Below, piece after piece: positions 9,393 to 19,620 of a DNA stretch of 64,000 nt. Source of the DNA: an uncultured virus (IMG/VR IMGVR_UViG_3300031133_000403) (taxonomy: Duplodnaviria > Heunggongvirae > Uroviricota > Caudoviricetes); the IMG/VR virus record IMGVR_UViG_3300031133_000403. The stretch is one strand, 5' to 3'. Each line of letters opens with the position of its first letter. Within the stretch, counting starts at the first letter, position 1. The translations under genes were made by a program, and so were the position numbers. The notes beneath the pieces were generated by a model. That model did no database searches. It saw only the letters and a program-made list of their open reading frames with translations, and had not been told where the DNA came from.

Positions 9393-9827
9393 CTATCCGG
9401 CGCATCCTGCGGACCGCGCGACCTGGATCCTCGTGTCGTATTCGTCAAAGGACGTGCGCCGGCTGTTCACCACCTGCTCGACGCGCATGGCATCCGCACC
9501 TTCGACGTCGATCGTCTCCGACAGAAGCGTCCCGATCATCGCGGTCATCATCGTGTCCGGCGTCTCGTGGGAGATGATCGTCATGATGCTCATGTCGGGA
9601 TCCACCGTGTAGGTCGCCACCTGCCGCATGTCCCGCGACCAGTTGATCACGACCCGGCCCTCGTCGTTGACGTAGACCGAGGGATGGTCGCGGGTCGCGT
9701 GGATCGAGACCTCCTTGCATCCCGTTTCGAAGTTCTCCTCGCGAGACGCGGTTTCCGGCGTGAGACCGTGACGCCTCAGCGCTCCGACGACGATCGGATC
9801 CGCCAGGGCCTCGTCGATGGCGTTCAT
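9393..9827 (-). CDS. Hypothetical protein, LPDT-domain paralog family
   Basis: DPIVVGALRRHG...ETPDTMMTAMIGTLLSETIDVEGAD. Confidence 0.7.
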   Translation of the reverse strand: MNAIDEALADPIVVGALRRHGLTPETASREENFETGCKEVSIHATRDHPSVYVNDEGRVVINWSRDMRQVATYTVDPDMSIMTIISHETPDTMMTAMIGTLLSETIDVEGADAMRVEQVVNSRRTSFDEYDTRIQVARSAGCAG

Positions 9828-10087
9828 GGTTCCACCAGGTCCGTCAGCGCCGCTCGCACGGCGCCGTAGGCGTAGAGCGGCACGGTGGACGAGCGACCCG
9901 TGAGTTCGTCCACCACGACCATCGCCGGACGGTCCGGGTGCGGCACTGCGCTGAAGCGGGCGGGCAGAGGCGCCTTCTCCGCAGCCTCGACCATGCCGCC
10001 CCGCAGCGATCCCAGTTGGCGTGCCAGGGCGGGAGCGAGCAGGCCGTCGGCCGAATTGGCGATCGGTGGAGTCGTCTTGCCGTTCAC
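9824..10087 (-). CDS. Small hypothetical protein
   Basis: Coupled ORF with GTGA/ATGA overlaps. Confidence 0.5.
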   Translation of the reverse strand: MNGKTTPPIANSADGLLAPALARQLGSLRGGMVEAAEKAPLPARFSAVPHPDRPAMVVVDELTGRSSTVPLYAYGAVRAALTDLVEP

Positions 10088-10611
10088 GAGGGCCACTCCA
10101 CCGAATACGCGCCGTCGTTCTCGATGCGTCTCATGCCCGAGGCTCCTCCCGGATAGGGAACGGTCGACCCGCCCACCAGGCGCACGACCCTGCCGCCGCG
10201 CACGGTGAAGTCGCCCTTCAGCCCGTCGACGTCCGACGACACCACGGCGGTCGGATCGCCGTTCGTCATCCGCTTGAACGCCTCGACCGATTCCTTGTCG
10301 CCCAGGAGCGGCCTGAGCCGGCCCGTCGCCATGCGCTTCAGCACGTCGATGATCCCCACCTCGTCCGAACGCGGACTCAGCCGGTCCGCGAGCAGCCGAA
10401 GATACGCCGGGTCGTCGCCCACCGCCGCCGCGTTCGCCATCACGACGCGCAGGAGGTCGTCCCCTCCGGTCGGCAGCGCCGGCATGTCGGCGAAGAGCCT
10501 CAGACGTTCGGCGACGGCGGCCCTGGCGGCTTCGCGCTCGTTCGCCGCGAGGTCGAGGTTGACCAGTGCGGCCGTCCTCATCGCGTCGTCCGCGAGCATG
10601 TCGAATGCCAT
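10084..10611 (-). CDS. Hypothetical protein
   Basis: MAFDMLADD... preceded by GGAG RBS. Confidence 0.6.
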   Translation of the reverse strand: MAFDMLADDAMRTAALVNLDLAANEREAARAAVAERLRLFADMPALPTGGDDLLRVVMANAAAVGDDPAYLRLLADRLSPRSDEVGIIDVLKRMATGRLRPLLGDKESVEAFKRMTNGDPTAVVSSDVDGLKGDFTVRGGRVVRLVGGSTVPYPGGASGMRRIENDGAYSVEWPS

Positions 10612-10646
10612 CGTGTCTTCTCCGTGCTGTTGGTGTTCGTCCGGGA

Positions 10647-11483
10647 TCAGCGTCGCTGCTTCAGCAGACCGATCGCCCACCATGCCGCCTCGAAGCTCGC
10701 GCGGCGCATGATGTTGGCGGTCTCCGAGCTCGAGGTGCTGGCGACCTGCGCCGCCGCCTCGGAGACGGTGCGCTCCCACATGCCGAGCACGTAGTCGAAG
10801 GTCACGAGCGCCTGGTCTCCGCCCTGGACCGTCGTGCCGATGGCGTCCAGACTCTGCATGAGACGCGACGCCGCCGTCCTGCGCGCCGCCGCCTTGTACA
10901 CGCGCGTCGACGTTTCGAGCGCGTGATCGGCGTCCTCGACGAAGCTGCCGATGAAGTCGGACATCACGGCGTTCGCGTGTGCGATCTCGTGACGCAGCGC
11001 GTTGCGGATGCCGGCCAGCGGTGCCGGTTCCCATGTCGAACGATCTGGAACGGGCAGCACGGCCATGCCGTTCGCACGGCTGTTGGATGCGATGTCGCGG
11101 ATATGCCTTTCCGCACGCTCGTCGTCCAGCGTCGAGACGTCGATGCGCACGACGTTGCCCTGCCGGGACCCGCTCTGGGCCATGATGTGCAGTACCGCAT
11201 CGATGTCCTCGAGATATCCGTCCGTGTACAGGATCGTGGTCATGGAGGTGTCGGCGACGTCCATCACCTCCATCATGCCACGCGACAATTCGGGTCCGGC
11301 GAGAAGCTTCTGCAGCGCCTCGTTCGACATGGAGCGCACGGTTCCGTCCCACGCCACGGCGCCGCCGCCGAGGACGACCACGCGCACGCCGCCTTCCTCG
11401 AAGGCCTGCGCATGGGCGATCGCGTTCTCGAGCGGAGCGCCGCTCATGGACATGGATCCGTCGATGATGATGGTGCGGTTCAT
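10647..11483 (-). CDS. vWA-like (MIDAS) domain protein
   Basis: IIIDGSMSM (DxSxS) and ILYTDG motifs. Confidence 0.55.
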   Translation of the reverse strand: MNRTIIIDGSMSMSGAPLENAIAHAQAFEEGGVRVVVLGGGAVAWDGTVRSMSNEALQKLLAGPELSRGMMEVMDVADTSMTTILYTDGYLEDIDAVLHIMAQSGSRQGNVVRIDVSTLDDERAERHIRDIASNSRANGMAVLPVPDRSTWEPAPLAGIRNALRHEIAHANAVMSDFIGSFVEDADHALETSTRVYKAAARRTAASRLMQSLDAIGTTVQGGDQALVTFDYVLGMWERTVSEAAAQVASTSSSETANIMRRASFEAAWWAIGLLKQRR

Positions 11484-11507
11484 GTGTTCGTCCTCGTATG
11501 GAATGTG

Positions 11508-11540
11508 GAAAGGGCCGCCCGATCGGTTCGGACGGCCCTT
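11508..11540 (-). terminator. Intrinsic terminator-like hairpin
   Basis: AAGGGCCG...CGGCCCTT stem, short U run on the minus strand. Confidence 0.5.
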
Positions 11541-11572
11541 GGAATCATGATGGGTAGGGAGTTGCGTGCTCG

Positions 11573-11965
11573 TCAGTCGAGTTGCGGTGCCGTGACCATG
11601 ATCACGGCGTAGCGCCGGCGTCCCTGTCGTTCGACGAGCACGGCATGGGCCTCCACTTCGCACCATTCCGCCCCCTTGGACGCGATGCAGCGGTCCGCCA
11701 CCCCGCGCACGACGCGCCAGGGCGTGTCGATGGCGAAGGTGCATACGGGAAGCGCGCGGCTTCGCGGAAGGAACGCGGCCATCGCCATGCGCTCCATGTC
11801 GCGCGCCGCGCCGACGTCGTCCGTCGCGCACAGTCCCACCGCGTCGGAACTCCCGACGACCCGCCCGGGGTTGGTCGGCTCGGTGTACATCGAAGCGTCC
11901 GATGCGACAGGCGCCGACGCGGTCAGCAGCTGGAGCGCGAGAAGAACTGCGGATACGGTGCCCAT
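11573..11965 (-). CDS. Secreted hypothetical protein
   Basis: Signal peptide MGTVSAVLLALQLLTASA; four Cys. Confidence 0.55.
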   Translation of the reverse strand: MGTVSAVLLALQLLTASAPVASDASMYTEPTNPGRVVGSSDAVGLCATDDVGAARDMERMAMAAFLPRSRALPVCTFAIDTPWRVVRGVADRCIASKGAEWCEVEAHAVLVERQGRRRYAVIMVTAPQLD

Positions 11966-12155
11966 GACTGATTCCCCCTTGGTGACGATTGCGATTCGCG
12001 GTCCGTCGTCACGCTCCGGATGATGCCACGATCGCGTGATCGCGCAAGACGGAGCGAGCCTCGCATGCGACGAACGGAGCCGAGAACCTGCGTTCCCTTC
12101 TCTTTTTTCCCCAACCATGCACGGATCGTCGTGCATCAATTCCGAAACATGCCCG

Positions 12156-12908
12156 TCAGCCGGTGCGCATCGCCGTGTCCATCATCCAGTCCGACGGCGG
12201 ATCCGCGAGGATGTTGGGGATCTCCCCCAGGCGGACGTAGGATGGTCCGTCCAGCAGGAGCGTCATGGCCAGACCCTCGAACTTGTCGTCGTACCGGGCC
12301 ACGTGAAGCCCCATGCCGTCGGTCAGCGGCGACGACACGATCGCGTCCAGAGGCGTGTCGCGCACGAGTCCCGAGACCATGTCGGGCAGCGACCGTCCTA
12401 TGATCGTGATGTCGTTCTCCTCGCTGTCCCACATGTAGTCCTCGGTGAGCATGAACGTCGGCAGCAGGTCGAAGCCCCGTTCTCGTCTCACCGCCTCGGC
12501 GCACTCCATCTTCAGCCCCCGCAGAGGGCCGGCGTGCAGTACGATGCCGGGCAGTTCGAGTTGCGCGAGCACCGCGAAGCAGAGTGGGTTCAGCCCGAGC
12601 GTCGCCATTCTCCTGACGACGGACAGCGGCATCCGCGCGTTCGGCATGTCGATCCGCGTGAAGGCGGCCATGCGGCTCGTCAGGATGCGCTTCGAGGTCT
12701 CCGCGTCTATTGACAGGCACCCGACGACGGCGCGTTCCACGCAGTCGAACGCCTCGTACCTCTCATCGTCGCCCATGTCCGTGAATTCGTGCGTCGCGAT
12801 GGGCACGTCCAGCATGTCGAGCAGCGCTTGGCGCTTGCGGGGGCCTTCGTCGAGCAGTTCCTCGAGGCGCTTCGTGGCTTCGCTGAGGGCGGGTCCGTGT
12901 TCGATCAT
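12156..12908 (-). CDS. Hypothetical protein, LPDT-domain paralog family
   Basis: SLPDMVSGLVRDTPLDAIVSSP motif. Confidence 0.65.
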   Translation of the reverse strand: MIEHGPALSEATKRLEELLDEGPRKRQALLDMLDVPIATHEFTDMGDDERYEAFDCVERAVVGCLSIDAETSKRILTSRMAAFTRIDMPNARMPLSVVRRMATLGLNPLCFAVLAQLELPGIVLHAGPLRGLKMECAEAVRRERGFDLLPTFMLTEDYMWDSEENDITIIGRSLPDMVSGLVRDTPLDAIVSSPLTDGMGLHVARYDDKFEGLAMTLLLDGPSYVRLGEIPNILADPPSDWMMDTAMRTG

Positions 12909-12920
12909 GCCGCGGATCCT

Positions 12921-13316
12921 CTAGATGTAGGTGATGTGTCCCAGGCGTCGATCGGCGTTGCGGCGCACGCCGTTCGGATCGTAGCACGCCATGATGACGC
13001 CCATCTCGCGGCCCGATGCCAGTTCGGCGACGGGCGACAGATCGTCGCCGTCGTCCGTGCACAGGATGGGCCTCGTGCCGGGCGCGAATGCGAGGTCCAT
13101 GCCCTCGAGGATTTCGCTGGGTCCCCCCATTATGTCCAGCACGTCCTTGGCGTCGGCCAGTCTGCCGCGGTGCAGCTTGCGCATCGCGACGCACAGCCAC
13201 GGTGTGTCCGGCGGATACGTGGCCACCGCGTGGTCCAACAGCTTCTCGAGGGGGGATTTTCCGGAATAGCCTCCCGTCATGCTCCCAGAGCAGTCGAACA
13301 CCAGTATGTCTCGCAT
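12921..13316 (-). CDS. Small vWA-like protein
   Basis: ILVFDCSGSM (DxSxS) and ILCTDD. Confidence 0.5.
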   Translation of the reverse strand: MRDILVFDCSGSMTGGYSGKSPLEKLLDHAVATYPPDTPWLCVAMRKLHRGRLADAKDVLDIMGGPSEILEGMDLAFAPGTRPILCTDDGDDLSPVAELASGREMGVIMACYDPNGVRRNADRRLGHITYI

Positions 13317-13407
13317 GGTCCGTCTCCGTTCTTCCGGCTGTCCGAAGCCGTTTTCCTCTTCCTCGCGGAAGCCTGGTCGCCAGTCCGGACATCGGGATGC
13401 CCGGGGT

Positions 13408-14037
13408 CTATTCCTTCTTCGCCGCAGGGCGGTCCATGCCCGGTCTGGTCGAACCGCCCTTCGCCGTCGCCGGTTTGCCCGCGTCCCTCTTCGGCCTGGA
13501 AGTCGTCAGACTTCCCCTGGATGGCGGCACCATCCTCGCATCGCCGGGTTTGAACGCGGATCTCCGCTGGGCGTCCGCCTTCGACACGGCGGCGAGGCGC
13601 CGTTTGGCTTCGGCGGCCGCGTGCGCCGTCTGGGCCGCGATCGTCCGGCGGCGGCGCATCTCCGCCTGCTTGACGACTTCATCCATTTCGCGCTTGCGCA
13701 TCGCGATGGCGGTCTTCGAACCAGCCGGCCCGATCGCGCGCGGAGGTCGCGTCGGGTCCGCTGCGTCGGTTGGCCCGGTCCTCCGGTCCGTCACCGTCGA
13801 TGCCCGCGGTTCCTCGCGCTCCGACGAGCCGCGCATGTCGATCGTGCCCGGCTCGACCACGTAGCCGCCGTTGGTGAGCGCCGGCGGTTTGACCAGGCGC
13901 GTCTTCAATCGTGCCTCCGCCGCGCGGTCCGCGCGGGTGCGCTCTGCGTTGAACTCACGCGCCTGCGGGCCGACCTCCTGTCCGCAGGCGCACAGCATCA
14001 TGGTGGCCGCCATGCACGCGGTGATTGCGATCCTCAC
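13408..14037 (-). CDS. Putative lipoprotein, low-complexity basic
   Basis: Lipobox MLCAC after hydrophobic stretch. Confidence 0.55.
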   Translation of the reverse strand: MRIAITACMAATMMLCACGQEVGPQAREFNAERTRADRAAEARLKTRLVKPPALTNGGYVVEPGTIDMRGSSEREEPRASTVTDRRTGPTDAADPTRPPRAIGPAGSKTAIAMRKREMDEVVKQAEMRRRRTIAAQTAHAAAEAKRRLAAVSKADAQRRSAFKPGDARMVPPSRGSLTTSRPKRDAGKPATAKGGSTRPGMDRPAAKKE

Positions 14038-14098
14038 GTCGTCGTCCCTTTCCCGGCGTCGGCCGGTGCTCGTTGCATGTCGGTCCCGCGTCGTATTG

Positions 14099-14893
14099 TC
14101 AGTCGACCGCTCCGCGTTCGCCTTCCACCACCGGCTTGTCGACGATGTGGCCGTCCTCGCGGTGTTCCTGACGCGTCTCCTTGATGTGCTCGAAGCCCTC
14201 GAAGATGCGCTTCTGGCTCCACCCGCGCCCCATCTCCCCCTCGATCGTGGTGATCGAGCAGTTGTGCGGATTCACCGACTTCTCGCACCATTCCCACGGC
14301 AGGTGCAGCCATTCCTTCAGGAAGCACCGGATCGAGACCCCGTGGCTGACGACGATCATGTCGGTCACCGGCGGCATGTGCCTTCCCGACATGTCGCGCA
14401 GGATGGTGCCGAACGCGCCCCGGATGCGGTCGCAGACCATCGAACGGGACTCCCCCAGCGGCATCGACGCGAAGTACTCTCCTTCGAACGCGACGTGCTT
14501 CTGGTAGTGCGCGTAGTGGTCCGGGTACCGCTTCTCCAGCTCGACCCTGGTCAGGCCGTCGAACATGCCGAAGCTCTGCTCGCGGATGAGGTTGTCCTCG
14601 CGTTCGTCGAAGTGCAGGTCGTGCTTGCGCAGACCCTCCTTGATGCCGGCCGCGGTCTGGCGGGTTCGCGTGTAGGGCGAGATCAGCAGCCGTACGCGAC
14701 GGTGATGGAAGCCGCCCTCCACCTCGGGCTCGAGACCCGCGATGTGCCGTCCGAGGAATTCCCCGGCCTTCTTCGCCTGCTTGTGCCCCTGAGGTGCGAG
14801 TTCGACCGCATGGTCCGGCATGCGGCGGTTGACCGCCAGGTCGAGGTTGGCCTGGCTCAGGCCGTGCCGCACGAGGTGTATGCGCGTCTTCAT
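14099..14893 (-). CDS. Histidine phosphatase (phosphoglycerate mutase family)
   Basis: LVRHG, SPYTRTRQTA, REQSFG, GES, VSHG, NCSI motifs. Confidence 0.92.
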   Translation of the reverse strand: MKTRIHLVRHGLSQANLDLAVNRRMPDHAVELAPQGHKQAKKAGEFLGRHIAGLEPEVEGGFHHRRVRLLISPYTRTRQTAAGIKEGLRKHDLHFDEREDNLIREQSFGMFDGLTRVELEKRYPDHYAHYQKHVAFEGEYFASMPLGESRSMVCDRIRGAFGTILRDMSGRHMPPVTDMIVVSHGVSIRCFLKEWLHLPWEWCEKSVNPHNCSITTIEGEMGRGWSQKRIFEGFEHIKETRQEHREDGHIVDKPVVEGERGAVD

Positions 14894-14970
14894 TGGAAAT
14901 TCCGGGTCGCTCCGTTGATCTTTCCGTCCTTATAGGATGGAAGGCCGGATGTCGCCCGTTCCGCCCGTCC

Positions 14971-15375
14971 TCACCGGGCCGGGTCGACGCCGTCCATCTC
15001 GGCCAGCATCTCGCCGATGATTCCTTGCGCTCGCGAAAGCGCGCTGCGGCGGGTCTGTCCGCCCATCTTCCCGATGTCACCCGTGTGAAGTCCCGGGCAC
15101 ACCCGCGCGGCCTCCATCATGGTGCGAGCGGCCTTCGCCATCTCCTGCGGCAGATCGAAGCCCATGATCAGGAGCGCCGCCGCCAGCCGCTGGCGTCGGT
15201 CCAGCTCGACGCCGTCCGCGAGGTCGTGCGAATCCCACCGCACGCGGAAGCCGTCCACTTCGACCGTGCCGGAATCGTCGTCGTGGTCGTCCGCGATCGC
15301 CCGCAGGACGGCGGCCTGGTCCACGTCGCTGCCGTCGGGCAGTTCGTAGGTCACGGTGCGTCGGATCGTCGTCAT
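14971..15375 (-). CDS. Hypothetical protein
   Basis: 134-aa ORF with GAGG RBS. Confidence 0.55.
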   Translation of the reverse strand: MTTIRRTVTYELPDGSDVDQAAVLRAIADDHDDDSGTVEVDGFRVRWDSHDLADGVELDRRQRLAAALLIMGFDLPQEMAKAARTMMEAARVCPGLHTGDIGKMGGQTRRSALSRAQGIIGEMLAEMDGVDPAR

Positions 15376-15397
15376 ACTGTTTTCCTCTCGGCATCCA

Positions 15398-16429
15398 TCA
15401 TTCGCATCTGCTCGCCTCGGGTCGGGGATCGTCCCTGCCGTTCCATCCTATCGACAGGCATGGCATTCCCGGAGGCTTGGCGCCGACGATCTGGCTCAGG
15501 AGATAGTGCAGGCGCGGGTCGGCTTCGATGGCCATCGGCGCAGGCCGCTTCTCGTGCGGAAGCCAGGTGCGTCCGTCGTCGGCGGCGATCGCCGCGAGAT
15601 CGAAGCGCGCCGCCTCGCGGTGGAACAGCGCGGCGTAGGCATGCTGTTCTAGGAACAGGATGTCCGCCGAAAGGTATGTTATCCCCAGCGCGAGGAGATG
15701 GCCGTCTACCGCCATGCCGTCCATGTGGTCGAGGTCGACGCGGCGGTGCGGATCGCTCGCCACGGGAAGCGACGATACGCCTCTTCTGCCCACGACGTAG
15801 CGGGTGATCGGACTGCGCCCCGCCTGCATCGCCACGACCACGTTGCGCACGACGAGCAGTCCCGATCCGAGCGGCAGCACCGTGTACGCGTCGCATGCCC
15901 TGGGGCCGCCTCTGACGAACAGTCCGGACGCCACGGCGAAGGCCAGCGTGCGGTCGGCTTCGGCCAGGTCGTCGAGCAGCCTCGCGTGGATCTCGGCGTG
16001 GCAGCACTGCTCGCGCTCGTACAGCCGCTCGAGCGCGTGGCGGGTGACCGCGATGCCGGATGGAGAGGACCGTTCCTCCAGATGGTCGGCGCGCGCCTCG
16101 ACGGTTTCGCGTCGCAGCACCAGCACGTCCTGCTGCGGGCCCCATCCCGAGCGCATGCGCGCCAGGAACCGGTCCGCCACGAGTCGTCCGATGCGGAACG
16201 TGCTGGAGGGTCGTCCCAGTCTGCGTCCGTCGATGCGCTCGAAGCTCGTCAGCGACGACGCCGAAGGTCCCTCCCTGATGGCCTTCTCGACCGTGGCGAC
16301 GTCGAGCCGCTTGCGGGCTATGCCGTCCCTTGACGTCTGCAGCCAGTGGTCGTCCGATCCGTTGCAGGCCGAGGCCGCGTCTATCGTGCGCATCGCGTGG
16401 TTTATGGCGTGCCTGGGAGGGATGATCAC
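15398..16429 (-). CDS. Hypothetical protein, paralog of 43405..44502
   Basis: Shared motifs IPxRHAI, HA.xRLYERE, LGITYL, WLPHEK. Confidence 0.7.
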   Translation of the reverse strand: MIIPPRHAINHAMRTIDAASACNGSDDHWLQTSRDGIARKRLDVATVEKAIREGPSASSLTSFERIDGRRLGRPSSTFRIGRLVADRFLARMRSGWGPQQDVLVLRRETVEARADHLEERSSPSGIAVTRHALERLYEREQCCHAEIHARLLDDLAEADRTLAFAVASGLFVRGGPRACDAYTVLPLGSGLLVVRNVVVAMQAGRSPITRYVVGRRGVSSLPVASDPHRRVDLDHMDGMAVDGHLLALGITYLSADILFLEQHAYAALFHREAARFDLAAIAADDGRTWLPHEKRPAPMAIEADPRLHYLLSQIVGAKPPGMPCLSIGWNGRDDPRPEASRCE

Positions 16430-16647
16430 GAGGCCGCCGCCCGCATCCCAGGCGCATCGTTCGCAGCCGATCGGTCCGCCCGGCGCGGGTGCATCCGTCT
16501 GCCGAGGCGATCCGTCGTTTCCACTCCTTCGATATAGGATCTGCTCCGCGAGCTTGTCCAGCGTGCCGGAGCTTCATCGATCCCGCTCCGGCACGTCCGG
16601 CCTGCCTCCCAGGAATGCAACGTGTCGAAGGGCCGGCGACCCCGCGC

Positions 16648-17637
16648 TCAATGCGTCGCGGACAGCCATCCCTCCGAGATCACGCCTCGGTTCGCCATCG
16701 ACGCCCACGTCCCCGGCGTCGCCGCCTCCGCGCGCGCCATGGTCTCGCGCAGCAGGGGGCCGAACGGTTCGGTCGTCGGTTTGGTGGTGACGCGTATCGT
16801 CCTGGCTTGGCGCGACGTCGTGGTGATGACCGCGTCCGTCGGCAGGAGATCGTGCCGCAGCAGATCGGACAGCGGTCTGCCCCTCAGCGCCGTCAGCACC
16901 GTGTCCGGCATGTCGGACCTGATGCTCAGCACGCCGCGGTTCCACGTCATGCCGTCGGGCAGGTTCACCGCGCGTGCCAGCACGCCGTTCCTGAAGTGCG
17001 GGAAGTCCGGCGTGTTGCAGTCCGCCAAGCCGTTCACCAGCATGTCGCACCACGTCGTCGGGTTCCATGCCGTGCGCACGCGTGTCGCCAGCACCGGACA
17101 CACGGTCAGAACGTCCTCCCGGCATCCGCCTTCCAGCATTGCTCGTCGGCGGCGCTGCTCGGTGACGAGTCGTCGCAACCCCCCGTCGATCGTGGTCTCG
17201 TGCGGCCTGAACGTCATGTGCGTCCTTCTGTGGCGCAGCGAGTCGCTCAGCAGATCGGCATGGACGGAGAATCGCATGAAGCCGTCGCGCTGGCCGTCCA
17301 TGTGGTCGTGCAGATGCACGGTCACCGGTCCTCGCGAATAGGGGCCCAGCACGTCCTGCATGCGTTCCTGCGCCTTCGTCGTCTCGTGCCGCAGGATGAC
17401 CCGGTGCTTGTGATGGGACGCCATCGCGTTGACGACGCCTCGCACCCCCGCGTCCTCCGTGCATTCCGTCACCAGCCCGTTCAGGTCGGTGACGAGAAGC
17501 GCCGTGCGGTGCTTCGGGTGCGATGGCGCCGTGCGTTCGACTCCGGCAAGGCCGAACCGCAGACCCCGGTGGGCGATCAGTTCGGCGACGTCGTGTTCGA
17601 ATTCCTCCCGTCCGCCGTTCGCCATGCCCGTCTCCAT
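16648..17637 (-). CDS. Hypothetical protein, LPDT-domain paralog family
   Basis: DMPDTVLTALRGRPLSDLLRHDLLP motif. Confidence 0.7.
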   Translation of the reverse strand: METGMANGGREEFEHDVAELIAHRGLRFGLAGVERTAPSHPKHRTALLVTDLNGLVTECTEDAGVRGVVNAMASHHKHRVILRHETTKAQERMQDVLGPYSRGPVTVHLHDHMDGQRDGFMRFSVHADLLSDSLRHRRTHMTFRPHETTIDGGLRRLVTEQRRRRAMLEGGCREDVLTVCPVLATRVRTAWNPTTWCDMLVNGLADCNTPDFPHFRNGVLARAVNLPDGMTWNRGVLSIRSDMPDTVLTALRGRPLSDLLRHDLLPTDAVITTTSRQARTIRVTTKPTTEPFGPLLRETMARAEAATPGTWASMANRGVISEGWLSATH

Positions 17638-18038
17638 CAGTTCCGCAGATCGGCGAGCCGCCATCCCCGCGTCCGCGCCGGGGGCCCGTCCATCGACAGC
17701 ACCACCTTCACCATGCTCGCCAATCGTGCCAGCTTGCGTTCGTACTCATCGTCCTCGAGCGCCTCCGGACGGAAGTCGCGCAGGATGAGCACGTACGTCA
17801 GATCCGACGACACGGCGTGTCGCACCGTCCTGGAGAGCGGGCTTTCCGGGTGTTCCAGATCGTTGAGGTTCATGCGCGGCGCCTCGAGCTTCTCGACCCG
17901 CCAGTCGAGCGCCTCCGCGATTTCCTGCACCGCACTGGTGACGTCCATCGGCCCCGACTGCATGGCGATGGTGCCCTGGTGCGCGTGGCGTCCCTGCAGC
18001 ATCGCCGCCAGAAGGCGGATCGCATTTCTGTTCTGCAT
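17637..18038 (-). CDS. Hypothetical protein
   Basis: 133-aa ORF coupled to downstream gene. Confidence 0.55.
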   Translation of the reverse strand: MQNRNAIRLLAAMLQGRHAHQGTIAMQSGPMDVTSAVQEIAEALDWRVEKLEAPRMNLNDLEHPESPLSRTVRHAVSSDLTYVLILRDFRPEALEDDEYERKLARLASMVKVVLSMDGPPARTRGWRLADLRN

Positions 18039-18051
18039 GTCTCTTCGTCCT

Positions 18052-18513
18052 TCAGGGGTTCGTTGGTGGCGCGAGCGTGAACGTGTGCTGTCCGTCGATC
18101 GCGCTGTGCTCGGTCGATGCGATCATCCAGTCGCCTAGGCCGGGGAGGTCGATCACGTCCAGCAGGGGTCGCCCCTGCGATGCGGCCGCTAGCGTATCGG
18201 GCAGGAGCTCGTCCATGATCGACACCCGCGCGACGCCGTCCTGTCGCCAGTACGTGATTTCGCCCGATGTGCCGAACCAGGCGTGGACGTGCAGGTCGCG
18301 TTTGGGGCCCGTCCGTTCGCCGGTCGAGATGCTCCGCGCGAACAGCTCCCGCAATCCGCAGGGAGCTCCGGTGCCGTAGTTGAGTCTGATTTCGCGTCCG
18401 CTCTTCGGGATGACGATGTCGTCTCCCTGCATGGCGGCGATCGCCGCGACCAGCGCGTCGTCCATGGCCCGGTGCGTCGGTGTCAGCTTCTTCAAGCTTT
18501 TCCTCCTCCGCAT
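18052..18513 (-). CDS. Hypothetical protein, LPDT-domain paralog family
   Basis: LLPDTLAAASQGRPLLDVIDLPGL motif. Confidence 0.7.
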   Translation of the reverse strand: MRRRKSLKKLTPTHRAMDDALVAAIAAMQGDDIVIPKSGREIRLNYGTGAPCGLRELFARSISTGERTGPKRDLHVHAWFGTSGEITYWRQDGVARVSIMDELLPDTLAAASQGRPLLDVIDLPGLGDWMIASTEHSAIDGQHTFTLAPPTNP

Positions 18514-18572
18514 GCTTCACGCATCGTCTCGCCACCATTGGATCCGGTGGACCCCGGCCGGTCGTCACCGCG

Positions 18573-18827
18573 TCAGTCGAACGTCGGTTCTTCGATGTCG
18601 CCCTCGTAGATCGGCTGCAGCAGCAGTCGCCAGCCGGGATGCTCCTCGAGCACCCTCTGCGCCTCGGCCGCGTCCATGACGTGGTGCGAAGGATGGCCGC
18701 TCGGGTCCTCGTCGTCCCCCTGCACGTTCTCGCCGCGCGAGTTGGCGATCTGGAATCCCAGCAGCTTCGGCTTGGTCGACATGTCGGGTGCTTTCGTGCT
18801 GTTGGTTCGGTGCGCGGTCATGGTCAC
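18573..18827 (-). CDS. Small hypothetical protein
   Basis: Ends PIYEGDIEEPTFD; coupled to upstream gene. Confidence 0.5.
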   Translation of the reverse strand: MTMTAHRTNSTKAPDMSTKPKLLGFQIANSRGENVQGDDEDPSGHPSHHVMDAAEAQRVLEEHPGWRLLLQPIYEGDIEEPTFD

Positions 18828-19156
18828 TGCGTGGGAGCGCCCTGCGCCTTCTTCTTGGCGTTCACTTCCGCCATGTCCACCGTCACGCCTCGCGCGATCG
18901 CGTCGCGTTCGACCGCATATGCGGGGATCGTCTTGTCTTCGATCATCGAGTCGATGATCGCCCTGCTGGCGGCCTTGCGGTCCTCGTCCGTCGATCCCGC
19001 CGGCATGACCATGTGCGGACCCTGCACGCCCGGCGGGAGTGGTTTGGGAGCGGAGGCCGCTGTCTTCGCCGGTGGCGCGGCTGGAGCGTCACTGGGTTTC
19101 TCGCCGCAAGCGCTTAGCAGGCCGACCAGGGCCGTTGCGATGTAGATGCTCTTCAT
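18824..19156 (-). CDS. Lipoprotein
   Basis: MKSIYIATALVGLLSAC lipobox; AAAGGA RBS. Confidence 0.7.
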   Translation of the reverse strand: MKSIYIATALVGLLSACGEKPSDAPAAPPAKTAASAPKPLPPGVQGPHMVMPAGSTDEDRKAASRAIIDSMIEDKTIPAYAVERDAIARGVTVDMAEVNAKKKAQGAPTQ

Positions 19157-19167
19157 GGATGGTCCTT

Positions 19168-19515
19168 TCACGAGTTGGTAGTCTGCCTGGCCTCTCGGCG
19201 CGCCACGCATTTCTGCGCCGCTTGGGGATCGGCCTTGAGCTGGTCCGCCACGTCGGCGATGCGCGCCACCGTGAGTTCGGGTACGCGTCGGCCGGTGGCG
19301 GCGGCTTCGTCGCCGAGACACGTGCGCAGCATGTTGAAATCCGCCGTCATCGATGGCGGGACGGCCTTCAGGGCATCGGGGACGGACGCGTAGTCCCGCC
19401 TGAATCCCGCCTTTTCCCCTCTCGTGTCCATCACGCCGGAAAGCGTCGCGACGATGATGATCAGAACGACCGCGGCCATCGCCATGCCGACCACGATCCA
19501 TTTGCTTCTGGTCAT
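19168..19515 (-). CDS. Membrane-anchored hypothetical protein
   Basis: N-terminal TM WIVVGMAMAAVVLIIIV; AGGAGG RBS. Confidence 0.65.
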   Translation of the reverse strand: MTRSKWIVVGMAMAAVVLIIIVATLSGVMDTRGEKAGFRRDYASVPDALKAVPPSMTADFNMLRTCLGDEAAATGRRVPELTVARIADVADQLKADPQAAQKCVARREARQTTNS

Positions 19516-19620
19516 TGTTCCCTCCTGATTCGCGTTTCCGCCGACATGCGAAGGCCCCGCACGATCCCATTACGGTCCTGCGGGGCCTGCGTCGAACCTC
19601 CTACCGGTGATTGGCTTTCG